DNA from: Eledone cirrhosa
Taxonomy: Eukaryota
DNA length: 64,000 nucleotides
Assembly (NCBI GenBank): GCA_964016885.1
Contig: OZ024742.1
Location: 320,354,001 to 320,418,000, forward strand
Direction of reading: 5' to 3'
A program made the translations under genes and the position numbers. The notes under the pieces were generated by a model. It was not told the origin of the DNA and did not search any database. It saw nothing but the letters and a program-made list of their open reading frames with translations. Every line of letters begins with the position of its first letter. Within the stretch, counting starts at the first letter, position 1. Below are positions 1 to 11,828 of the stretch, one piece after another.

Positions 1-570
1 TCTTACAACAGAAACAAAACACAGTACTACAGTCCCAACCACGTAGTTCCTGGCGATAGATCTCTGAATGAGGTGGGTCAGTACATTCATCTATAAATTC
101 AAACAACTCACTGCGTGGGAAACCATTTTCATAATAATGCTAAAAAATAGAATAAAAGAACAAACAAAACTTATTGGAAGAGAATTTTATTGATTAAAAA
201 CAAAAAAAAACAAAAAAAAAAAAAACATTTCTCCTGCTGGCAAGAGTTGGGTGGGTTTATGAATTTCTTACACTCTAAATTGGTTGCCATTAAGAAGGAC
301 ATCCATATTTATATCAGATCATGACAACATATGGAATCTATGAGTATGGCATGGTCTTCAGAACCCATCTTGTTTCAGAACTTAACCCACCAAATCCCTG
401 CGAGCATAGGAAATTAAAATATAACAAAGATTATGATGATGATAAAAAATGTGAATAATTTGGCCCCGAATGGGCTCTGATAGAGTAGATCCACAATCCA
501 ATGTATTACAGCTTCTATTTTTAAAGTATAGTGTATTTATTATTAGATTATTGTGTCATTTACCTTTTAA

Positions 571-1283
571 CCCTTTTCATCCTAACTCACCTAAAACCAC
601 CCCAGATACAAATCTGCCCGTTTAAAAATGTTCATACTTATATTAATCATTTTAGTAGCATATTTCTTATGAAATACTTTGTATTTTAATTAATTAATGA
701 AGAATTTGGGAAGTATTTACTAAAATTATAATTTCATGAAGATGACAATGAAAAAGTACCGAGTCCACGCTGTAAATGTGGTTGAAATTACGAAGGGCAT
801 CCAGCCATAGAAACCAAGCCAGAAACAGTTCTGTATGAGCAAGACATGGTCACCTGATCTGACTCATCTCAGAACGGGACAATTCGTCTAACCCATGCTA
901 GCATGGAAGATGGATGTTAAATGGTGCGAAACAAATGAGATCGTGTAGGTGTCACGACAAAAAACACACAGTCCACGCTGTAAATGTGGCCGTGTAGGTA
1001 ACACGGTAAAAACCTCCCAGCCCCACACTGTAAATGTGGTTGGTGTTAGGAAGGGCATCCAGCTGTAGAAAACCCGCCAGACAGTCCACGCTGTAATGTG
1101 GCCGTGTAGGCAACACGGTAAAAACCTCCCAGCCCCACACTGTAAATGTGGTTGGTGTTAGGAAGGGCATCCAACTGTAGAAAACCCGCCAGACAGTCCT
1201 ATGCGAGCAAGACAACCACTCTTGCCTCAAGTGGGAAAACCCCCATCCAAACCCATGCAAGCGTGGAACACGGACGCTAAACC

Positions 1284-1316
<33 letters not shown>

Positions 1317-1452
1317 CTATATGATATTCATAACAAAATATTCTAATATAAAATTATGTTGGAAGTTTTTCATTTAAGTAGGAACCCTTTAAAATGGGTG
1401 GCTTTATTTCATAGAATCAGAGCTAGTTTTGATCAGGTTGGTATCAAAAGGG
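571..1452. mobile_element. Old piggyBac-type MITE with nested RTE-tail repeats
   Basis: ttaa|cccttttc at 567-578 and gtatcaaaaggg|tgaa at 1441-1456. The interior ~740-1316 is RTE 3'-tail sequence. Confidence 0.45.
760..1316 (+). mobile_element. Two tandem RTE 3'-tail/SINE-like copies; the second has a ~113 bp internal tandem duplication and a (GAT)n tail
   Basis: The ggttggtgttaggaagggcatccagctgtagaaa and aacccatgc(t)agc motifs are shared with the RTE 3' UTR at 11000-11281. 968-1080 is repeated at 1081-1192. Confidence 0.8.
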
Positions 1453-1993
1453 TGAAGAAGATTGCTTCACAATTTCACTGCATAGCACCTTCAATCTCTC
1501 TCTCTCATGTATTTTAGTCCTCCACAATGGAATGTAAGGTTATAACTCCAGCAAAACCTGAACTCAAAACTGTAAAGTGATGAAGTAGATATAGTCTAAC
1601 CCATGCTAGCATGGAAAATGCACGTTAAACGAATGATGATAGTTAGACATTCAATCCAACATCAGTTAGTCTATTTTTCCATGTTGAGATGGATTAGATA
1701 GGTGGTTAAAGACCATATCAGTACTTGATTGAAGCTACTGACCCCTCCAAATGGGCCAGGGACCATGTCTTGCTTACGCATGTTCTTATTTTGGCATAGT
1801 TTCTGTGGTTGAATACCCTTTCTATTACCAACTCCTTTACAGAGTGTACTGCGTGCATTATCTTGTACTAACACTAGGGAGGTTGTTATAATAATAATGA
1901 AATTATTGTGTAAAGTGCTCAGGTGCACTACAACTCGTCAATATAGTACATAGAATAATACACAAATGTCAGGGAAGTACATGTGTGTATGTG

Positions 1994-4817
1994 TTAGCTG
2001 TTCTGTTGGCGGATCTCGGGAAGCATGGAGGCCTTAAAGGATGCAGTGTCTCGACAGCTAACAACTGATGCAGGTAGTTTGTTCCATGCTTCAGCAACTC
2101 TGAGCGTGAAAAAATGTTTCCAAAAGTCATGGGAACTGTGCTGTTTTCTGACTTTGTGGGCATGTCCACATGTGTTAGACACATGGAAATCGAAAAGGTA
2201 CTCAGGGTTGTTGTTGGCAACATGGTTAACAATTTTGTGGGTGTTTACCAAGTCAGTTGCCAGGCGTCGGAGCTTCAATGAATCCATGCCCAGGGAAGCA
2301 AGGCGCTCAGAGTATGGTAGATGCCTGATGGAGGGTATTCGCTTGGTTGCATGTCTCTGAACAGTTTCCAGGCAGTCAATGTCCTGAGCAAGATAGGGGT
2401 TCCAGACTGGTGATGCAAATTCTAAGTGTGGTCGCACCATAGCTGTATACAGCCTTAAATAGATATCTGGAGAGCAGCTGACAAAGGTCTTGCTGAGTGA
2501 TGCTAAGACACCCTCGGCCCTCTTGACAATTTTAGAGACGTGCCTCGTCCAACGCAAATCGCTGCTGACCGTAATGCCCAGGTCACGTTCACAGGAAGAC
2601 TTCTTGATATTAGTGCTGTGGAGGGAGTATGTGGACACTGGGTTTTTACTCCCAAAATGCATGGTGGTGCACTTGTCCACAGCTAGCTTGAGTTGCCAGT
2701 CTGAGATCCACTGTTGCATTGTGTCCAGGTCAGACTGCAAGTAAGATCTATAGTGTTCAGGATCTGTCCTTTTTATCTCAAGGTACAGCTTGATGTCGTC
2801 TGTGTACTTTAGTACTGTGGCATTCCTTAAGTTGGCATCTATGTCATTAATATATGCCACAAACAAGGGGGCCAAGAACAGATCCCTGAGGTACACCAGA
2901 TGACATCTCATATGGTGAGGAATGCTGTCCCAGAACCGTGACTACCTCTCTTCGACTGAGAATGAAGGACTTCAACCAGTTAAAAAGATCATCCTTCACA
3001 CCCATTGCAGAGAGTTTTGCCATAAGCCTTTTGTGTGGCACAGAATTGAAGGCCTTTGCAAAGTCAAGGTAAACAACATCCAGTCATGAGCCGCCATCAG
3101 TGATCCGGGTGATGTCCTCAAGAAACTCTAAGTTGATCACAGCAGCTGGAGTTGGGGATAAATCCAAATTGCGAGGGCCGGATAAGACTGTGAGAGCTCC
3201 AGAAGTTCCAAAGTGTTTCTCTGACACAGGATTCCATCAGTTTGGCGATGCAACTAGTAAGACTGACTGGACGATAGTTCACAAGTGATGTGCGGTCACC
3301 CTTTTTGAACAGAGGAATGACACTGGCAGTTTTCCACTGTTCTGGAGTAACACTGTTGTTCAGACAGAATTGGAAGAAGCGTGATAACTGGTGTAGAAGG
3401 AAGTACCCACCACGTTTAAGAAGCAGGTACGTAACACCAAGACCAGGAGAGGCATGGTTGCGTTTATTTTTTAGGTGACGTCGCAGCATTGCAGGTGTAA
3501 ATTCCATGGTTGTAATAGAGTCCGGTGTCATAGGTGGTGGAGATGGTACACTCTGGTCTTCAATAGTGAAAATGCCTGCATAGCATTCAGCAATGAGCTC
3601 TGCGCATTCCTTGGGGGTCGTCAGTAACCTGGCTTGTGTGAGGATTGCGAAGAGGACCAACTGGAGAGTGAGGCCTCTGCTTTGAGTGAACATACTTCCA
3701 GAACACCTTACTGTCAGGGCTGGTTGCTATGCGCTGCTCAAATTGAAGCACTGCCTTTTTTCTCACCTGTTTGAGGTGGTTGGACGATCTATTTCGCTTC
3801 TTCCTATTAATGTCTGATTTGTGAAGTTTGTACTCACGTTCAGCATTGCGCCATTCTTTTCTGGCAAGACGGACTGCTGCAGTCTCCCAAATTGCGTTTT
3901 TGAGATGTTTTTTCCACTTACGTGGCACCGATGCTGCACATGCTGTCCATATTGAGCTCAGGATGTTCTGGAGTACAGTGTTGACATCTCCAGAGTCGTA
4001 GAACTCAAGCCAGTTTGGCCGTTGCAACTCGGTGCAGTAACAGTTCCAGTCTGCTTTATTCCAGTCAAAGTGAGCAGTTTGGAGATGGTTGTGGTTCTTG
4101 TTACTGCCCATGAGGGATAGATTGGCAATGATCATAGCATGATCAGAGTCACCTAAAGGTTCCTCAGCAGTAACACTAATGACCGTTTCAGGAGTAGTGG
4201 TGAAGAGTAGGTCCAAAGTGTTGTCACCTCTCGTTGGGGAGGTGACCACCTGGGACCAACTCGAGTCCAGCACCAGCTCAAGGAAGTCATTTGCACTTGG
4301 CGGCCAACGAAAGGTCTCCCAGTCAATCTCAGGGTGATTGAAGTCACCTGCAATGAAAACATAAGTGGCTGTCTTCCTGGCAACAGCTCTGAGGATATCA
4401 CAAAGTTGAGTGTCCTGATGGTAATTTGGGGGACGGTAAACGACTCCAAGTAGCAGTGTTGACATGGTCATACGTATATCGCAGAAAAAAAACTTCCTGC
4501 TGTGATTGGTTCAAATCAGCACAAGGAATTGCCGACAGATTTGACTGAACGTAGACCATTACACCACCACCACAACGATTAATACCGTCTTTACGAAACA
4601 GGTTGTAGCCAGTCATGCTGAAAACCCCATCACAGAGTAAGGGATGTGCCCAAGTTTCCATGACTGTAATGAAGTCCGGGTTGATACTTTTGACGTAGGA
4701 GTCAAAAAGATGAATCTTATTGCATAGACTACGTGCATTCAAGGACAACAATTTGTACTTTGATTCCAGTCTATGATTATGTGCAGGGGATGGTAGGTTG
4801 TTCTGATTTAGTTTCCC
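1994..4817 (-). pseudogene. CR1 ORF2: APE endonuclease plus reverse transcriptase, frameshifted
   Basis: LNARSL, ETW, GGGV, YRPP, GDFN, LDL, SDH (APE). NYRPVSLTS, QFGF, GVPQGSVLGP, YTDD (YADD altered), RPHLEFASPVWNP (CR1-type RT). Confidence 0.92.
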
Positions 4818-6039
4818 AGAGTTTTTTCAGTTTCTTTATTGTCAGTTGTTGTGGGTACAGTGTTTTCAGACCAGCTGGTGTCTCTTTTCCATGATTCGCC
4901 AGCCTTAACAAACTTCCATATCTGCCCATCATCTCGTAGGCTGAAGCTTTCATGTTCTGCCGAGCTGCGGTTTAGGGAATCTGCAGCACGCAACTTTGGG
5001 CGGACATCAGGTGGAAGACCAGGACGTGTTCGGAAAGCAATCCGACTTTCACGCCTAGCTTTATCAGAGGCTACAAGGTATGAACGTGCCTCAGTTGAGT
5101 TTGAAAACGACAGTCTAATTAACCTGGGTTTCGGTCCTGGTCGGCCAAGGCGTAGAGCATCCTTTGCGGGAACACAGCCCAGGTCTTTGGATGAACTGGC
5201 AGCAAATGCCTGAAGATCAACTATGTCTTCTGGTACACCAATGGCAATCACTTCGTGGTTTGCAGATTCAGTGGTATTCTCAATGCGTCTAGGTTCAACA
5301 TGAGGTACGCGGAAATTTTTTAACAAGGCACTCCGGTAAGATCCCTCATTGCGGGGTTCTACACAAACGCTTGATTTTATTTCCGCTATTTCTTGACTTA
5401 AAGCGGAAATCATTTGCCGTATTTCCTCAAACTTCGTATTGACGGTCGGTTTTTGTTGTTGTTGTTCTTCTCCTTCAACAGGCATGGTAGAGACACAGTC
5501 GTCGGTTGTTGTTGTTGAAAAGTAACGGGTGAGGAAGACATGGGTTGCTGTTGTTGATGAAGTCCTTCAACCGGGGTAGTAGCAGAAGCTACGGTCGTTG
5601 GTTTTTGTTGTTCAGGGACAATGGTAGAGGAAGACACGATCCTCGGTTTTTGTTGTTGTTCAGGAACAATGGTAGAAGACACGATCTTCGGTCTTTGTTG
5701 TTGTTGTTGTTCCGCAGCAATGGGAGAAGCAGGCATACAGTCCAGGCACTGAAAGGACCAGTTTGTTAGCTGGACCATCTCCCAGAGTCTATCCATCGTA
5801 GCAATATGATGTTTCTTATTTTGGCCTGGGATCTTCCGGAAGCCTGTGGCGCATTGAAGGCAGACAGAGATGCGACAGGTTCCACATTCAACCCAACGAT
5901 TACGGAACGAGTTTTCGGGTTCCGTACAGATATGGCAGGTGTGATCTTCCGGGCAATGTTCTATTTTGGGACATTGACCAGTTTTGTCGCATACTCCATC
6001 GACGGATATCACCACGGCAATTTTGTTATTTCTACCCAT
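4808..6039 (-). pseudogene. CR1 ORF1: PHD-like zinc finger, Gln-rich repeats, coiled coil, RRM-like region; one frameshift near 5485
   Basis: CHIC...WVECGTC...CLQC...WSFQCLDC; FEEIRQMISALSQEIAEIK; IAIGVPE...RLGRPGPKPRLIRLSF. Confidence 0.8.
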
Positions 6040-8084
6040 CCGTAGAAAAACACAGAATGTAAACAATATAGGTTTAGCGCACTTGATTACGATAGAAATA
6101 AAATGTCTGTTTTTTTGTGTATTTTGTTTCCGTTTTCCTAAATGTTGTGTGTACAGAAGAGTCTGTGCATGTAAACAAATAAATCTGCTGCGTAAGTTAA
6201 ATGAAACGTACTGTAGAAGGCAGTTGTTTATTAACAGCGAAATAACGTTTTTTTTTTTTTCCCCTGATACTGCTTCTTTATAATAAACTTTCAATAATAT
6301 TTTTTCTTCAAATTATTAACTTTCAGCTGCTAGTATATATATATAATTAAAAGGTGTATGTGGGTTAGAAGCGAAGTCAATGTTAAGAAATATTTTACCA
6401 ATGTAAATTGGTAAAATTGGCCGGTATAGTGTCTCACACGAAATAGTGTGGTTTCTTTTCACGTGTGTGTATATGCATATGGTATATATCTGTATATAAA
6501 TCTGTGTGTATATTGTTGTTTATATGTTTTGTGGAGTACTTACTGCGATCCTTAAGGGATGTAGTGATTTGTTTTGTTTTTTTTCCCCGTCCATGTCCAC
6601 ACGTGGTTTGTTGGCGAAAATCAAGTCAAATTATATATACTTCATTAAGATAATTCTATCTTGAAACTGGTACTAGTTGTCAGGGAACAGTCAAAGTAAT
6701 TGTAATAATGAATATTGTAATCCATCTGACATGTGTTTAAAGGGCAGTTTTTGGTGAAAATATATTTTGTTTGGTCAAGACGTGGTCAAGCGACCTTCCT
6801 TGTTGCCATTTTGGCCGGCTATTCTAGGTTACTTAAAAGGAAGTGCTATATAATTACTTTTGGTTTGATTTGACGTTGAGCCCTCAAATGACGTTGAAGT
6901 CATAGGGGCACTATTGTAACATAAAACATGTCTTGGGCATTTTAAACCTCATGGAGCCCTTCCTTCTCCATGACTAACTACAGCCCATTTCTTCCTGAGA
7001 GACAGTGAAGAATCAACCCCAATACTCAACTGAAAGAATAAAAGGTAAAACTGATCTCATTAGGATTTGAATTCAGAGGAGAGCTACACAATGTATTAAT
7101 CTATGTGATACTCTAACGACTGCCAATTCACCATGTATCAGCAACTAGCTAGGTCAGTCAAACATTTATATTTCTCAGTTGCAGTCATTTTGTTTTGTTT
7201 TCTTCACTCACTAATGTTTTTAGGAAAGGTATAAATGTAACAACTTCCTTTATCCTCCCCATGACATAACTGAAGAGTCCTCTTGGGGCCCTTTTTACAG
7301 AGTATACTGTTTTAATAATATCCACTATCCTAAAAAGAACAGTGGAGTTGGCATAAACCATACAAAGCTAGACTATATGTTTTATTGCATCTATTTGACT
7401 GTTCACAATTCTTAGATAAATTTAACATTTTAGGTAATTTGAACATTGTACCAATAATATTAGTTTAAAAAAAGTCTTTATTAGACCTATTCTACTGGAG
7501 CTTATCCTAATTTCAAGTGGCATTAAGTGACTAAGAATGTAAAATGAAACATGACACCACCACCCTAAAATTAACCCCTAGCTGCTGCTGGTACTCATTT
7601 TTAACTAAGAGAATGACTGGAACAATGTGAAACAAAATACCTTGCTCAAGGTTAAAATGTGCTTCCCCATCCAGGGATTGAGCCCATGACATCACAATCA
7701 TAGAAGAAACACCCTAATGAATTGGTTGTGAATCTTCATACACCATTAATAATATAAACGTGTCATCATCATTATCGTTTTAATGTTTGCTTTCCCTAAA
7801 AGCAAGGGTTGGACAGGTCTACATAGACCTATTCAGTTCTGAAGCAGGGCTACTGACCTCCCAGACAGGCTAAGGGTCTGTTATCTCGCTTACGTATGGT
7901 CTGACATTCTGCCAAGTGCATGGGAGAGGTTATGTTTTTGACTCAACTGAAGGATCAAAACCAACTGATTAGGTCAGCGAGCACCTATATAAAAACGTCT
8001 TAGTATCCAAGCATGGAATGATCAGAAAAGAATCAATGCTGTAAAAGTTTAAGGTAAATATTTAACAGTAACTTAATTCCTTAC

Positions 8085-8291
8085 CTTAATTGTTTCATAA
8101 GAGTCCATGATGACAGCAATAAATAAACTTAGCACAACATAAATGAAAATACCGATAAAGCAATAAAGATAGACACGCGAGTAAAACCAAATGAAAATAT
8201 TAGTCGTCTGCAATGCTGAGAAAGTCACAAACATATCATCACCATTGACTAAGGAAAACAAACATTCTGACGTAGTGCTCAAATGGCGGAA
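8085..8291 (-). CDS. MCOLN3: Mucolipin exon (pore helix, NGDD selectivity filter, S6); the gene continues, probably beyond the window start
   Basis: [24 protein letters not shown]...[19 protein letters not shown]. tttcag acceptor, GTAAGG donor. 207 nt. Confidence 0.95.
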
Positions 8292-8419
8292 CTGAAAGAG
8301 AAAAATAAAAACAAATATTACTTTAACTCCTTTGTTACTATATTTCTAATGGAAGACACTACAAATAATTTTGAAAATATTCAACAATTTGGATGGATTT
8401 AGTAATAATCAGATAACCC

Positions 8420-8545
8420 CTATGGTAGACAGACAGTGGAACACGTTCTTAGCTCATGCGGAGTGTTACTAGCCCAGGGTAGATACACGTGGGGACACAA
8501 TCAAGTGCTGAAGGAGATTGTATATGTGATAAGTACAGCAAAAAT
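8420..8545 (+). mobile_element. HERO/R4-like (REL-endonuclease) non-LTR retrotransposon fragment
   Basis: Manual translation GRQTVEHVLSSCGVLLAQGRYTWGHNQVLKEIV matches the H.LS.C...L.QGRY.WRH..VL zinc-knuckle/RHD region. Confidence 0.7.
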
Positions 8546-9107
8546 GAAAACAGTAGTACAAGAATCGGCACTACAACGCTATTAGCTGTCTGTCGAAGCA
8601 GCCGATGAAAGCAGGCGAAGGTGACGTCATTCGTCAAACATCGTTTATTTCCCTATTACTACCACGCGTAAGTGGAGTTACTTGAATGAAATTATTATTT
8701 TTTTATTTTTATTAAAGCATATAGATGTAAGTGGAGTTACTTAAATGAAAATATAGGTGGCCCTTAAAAGGGCCAAATTAGAAAACAAATTTAAGTTAAT
8801 TAGAAAACAAGTCATGGTTATCAATGTAGAAAACAAGTCATTTTCACCAACAGTGGAATTACTTCTGACAGCTAATACTATGAACTTAAATGAATTTTCA
8901 CCAACAGTGGAGTTAACTTAAATAGGTGGCCCTTAAAAGGGCCAAATTGTTAATGGAATTAACCATCGTGATCTTTCCATCGCTACCGCTACTACAGCAG
9001 ATACCATCAATCTCCATGAGGACTGTCTCTTGTCTCCATGTGGACTGTATCCATGCTTTTGAATAAGGTTGGTGAAAAAAATTTGTTTTCTAAACATTTC
9101 TTCATAT

Positions 9108-11410
9108 GCATGGATACATTGAAGCTCCGACGCCTGGCAACTGACTTGGTAAACACCCACAAAATTGTTAACCATCTTGCCAACAACAACCCTGAGTACC
9201 TTTTTGATTTCCATGTGTCTAACACATGTGGGCATGCCCACAAAGTCAGAAAACAGCACAGTTCCCATGACTTTCGGAAACATTTTTTCACGCTCAGAGT
9301 TGCTGAAGCATGGAACAAACTACCTGCATCGGTTATTAGCTGTCGAGATACTGCATCCTTTAAGGCCACCATGCTTCCCGAGATCTGCCAACACTACACC
9401 TAATGTTCCCCCTCCATACACATACACATATGTATACCAAGCATGTTTTACAACGTGAGGACCATAATTCAAGCATGTTTTACAACGTGAGGACCAGAAA
9501 CAGGAGGTATTTAAGATTGCGAGGCAGTGTGTCAGAGATAGTTGTGATGTCATTAGAGAGAAGTGTATCCGGAATGATAAAGGTGAGCTTGCCCTCACAA
9601 GTGCTGAGAAGAAAGATGCATGGAAGAGTCATTATGATAGATTACTAAATGAGGAGAATGCATGGGAAGAAGAGACCCTATCCCAAGTAGACCCTATAGA
9701 GGGACCAGCAGTACAAGTCAGCAGCAGCGTAGTAAGTAAGGCAATCAAAGATATGAAGATGGGGAAGGCAACCGGTCCATCGGGTATAGCTGCCGAGATG
9801 CTGAAGGCATCTGGGTCTGTAGGTCACACTATAACCACACGTATCGTTAACCAGATAATACTAGAAGGGGCCATACCAAAAGATTGGTGCAGTAGCATCA
9901 TTGTCAACTGCTACAAAGGTAAAGGCGATGCACTAGATAGAGGAAACTATAGAGGTATAAAGTTGATGGACCAGGTCATGAAAGTAACAGAAAGAGTTAT
10001 AGCACAGCTGATTAGGGACCGGGTGAAAATAGACGAGATGCAATTTGGGTTTGTACCAGGAAGAGGCACCACTGATGCCCTCTTCCTTGTGAGGCAATTA
10101 CAGGAAAAGTACCTAGCTAAAAGTAAGCCACTCTACTTGGCATTTGTCGACCTTGAGAAAGCCTTTGACAGAGTTCCACGTGCTGTAATCTGGTGGGCTC
10201 TTAGAAAACTAGGAGTAGATGAATGGCTTGTGAAAGCGGTACAAGCCATGTATAGGGGAGCAGTCAGCAAAGTTAGGATTAGCAATGAGTATAGCGAGGA
10301 ATTTAGCGTACAGGTTGAGGTCCACCAGGGCTCTGTTCTTAGCCCTCTCCTGTTCATCATAGTCCTGCAGGCAATAACGGAGGAGTTTAAGACCGGATGC
10401 CCATGGGAACTCCTGTATGCTGATGACCTCGCACTCATAGCTGAATCTATGGTAGAACTAGAGAATAAATTCCAAACCTGGAAGCAGGGACTAGAAAGAA
10501 AGGGTCTCAAAGTCAACATGACAAAGACTAAGGTCCTTGTAAGTAGACGAGAAAACAGAACCCAGATCCCCTCAGGGAAATAGCCTTGCTCAGTATGTAG
10601 GAAAGGTGAAGGTAGGAACTCCATTCTCTGCCCCAAATGCAAACAATGGGTACACAAGAGATGCTCCGATGGATGTGTAACAGTAATATACGTGAACGAC
10701 AAAGCATAAATGAATTGAGAGAGAGACTGAGCATAAGAGGAATCAAATGCTGTGTGCAGGAGAGGCGGTTGCGCTGGTATGGACATGTGATGCGTATGAA
10801 GGATGACAGCTGCATAAAAAGGTGCAGAGCACTAGAAGTTGATGGAAACCGCGGAGTGGGGAGACCCAATATGACCTGGGATGAGGTGATAAAAGCCGAC
10901 CTTACCCAATTACACCTCTCAAAGACAATGACACACGACCGTGACTTCTGGCGTCACGCAGTAATACAGAGTACCCGACCTCCCATGGGTACAAGCTGAA
11001 GCATATAGACAATATGCCCCCACCGCAAGGTGGTCGTGGAGGTGCCACGGCAAAAAAGCACCCAGCCCACATTGTAAAGTGGACGTGTAGGTGCCACGAA
11101 AAAGCACCCAGCAATCACTGTAAATGAGGTTGGTGTTAGGAAGGGCATCCAGCTGTAGAAATCAAGCCAGATCAGTTCCTGTATGAGCAAGGCATGGTCA
11201 GCCGACCAGACACTGCCCACAACAGGACAACCCGTCTAACCCATGCTAGCGTGGAAGAACGGACGTAAAACGGTGATGATGATACCATGACTCGTACACT
11301 ATTCACTTCCCTGACATTTGTGTATTATTCTATGTACTATACATACACCTTTGACGAGTTGTAGTGCACCTGAGCACTTTACACAATAATTTCATTATTA
11401 TTATATTATT
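9108..11410 (+). mobile_element. 5'-truncated CR1 copy (9108-9439 plus 11282-11410), split by an RTE insertion
   Basis: MDTLKLRRLATDLVNTHKI...LPEICQHYT. The 3' UTR resumes at 11282 and ends in an (ATT)n tail. Confidence 0.9.
9440..11281 (+). mobile_element. 5'-truncated RTE-clade LINE (RT), internally deleted
   Basis: ORF 9753-10583 has NYRGIKL, QFGF, FVDLEKAFD, HQGSVLSP, YADD, followed by RRLRWYGHV and a (GAT)n tail. ATACCA is duplicated at 9434-9439 and 11282-11287. Confidence 0.93.
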
Positions 11411-11828
11411 ATAAAGGGTTGGTGAAAAAAATTTGATAACCATAAATTTGGCCCCTTTAAGGGCCACCTATATTTTCATTTAAGTTAACTCCACTGTTGG
11501 TGAACATGACTTGTTTTCTACATTAATAACCATAACTATGAAAATATAGTTCATGGTATTAGCTGTCAGAAGTAACTCCACTGTTGGTGAAAATGACTTG
11601 TTTTCTACATTGATAATCATGACTATGAAAATATAAATGATTAAATCCAATTTATTTGATAACCATGACTTGTTTTCTAATTAACTTAAATTTGTTTTCT
11701 AATTTGGCCCTTTTAAGGGTTACCTATATTTTCATTTAAGTAACTCCACTTACGGGTGGTAGTAATACGGAAATAAACCATGTTTGACGAATGACGTCAC
11801 CTTCGCCTGCTTCAACTGACAGCTAATA

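Larger units (their letters stand above)
1886..6850 (-). mobile_element. Near full-length CR1-clade LINE with a few frameshifts; 5' boundary approximate
   Basis: ORF1 from ATG 6039 to stop 4808, then APE and RT ORF2, a 3' UTR and an (ATT)n tail at ~1886-1900. A YY1-like AAAATGGC near 6805-6812 lies in the putative 5' UTR. Confidence 0.9.

Noticed and set aside
1-8084. Terminal mucolipin exon
   Set aside because: No phase-0 exon with a mucolipin-like C-terminus was recognised; it is probably outside the window.
10133-10869. Antisense ORFs over LINE and Helitron coding regions (also 2025-2744, 4839-5213, 41392-42349, 55898-56337)
   Set aside because: Shadow ORFs on the opposite strand of TE coding sequence, with no recognisable motifs.
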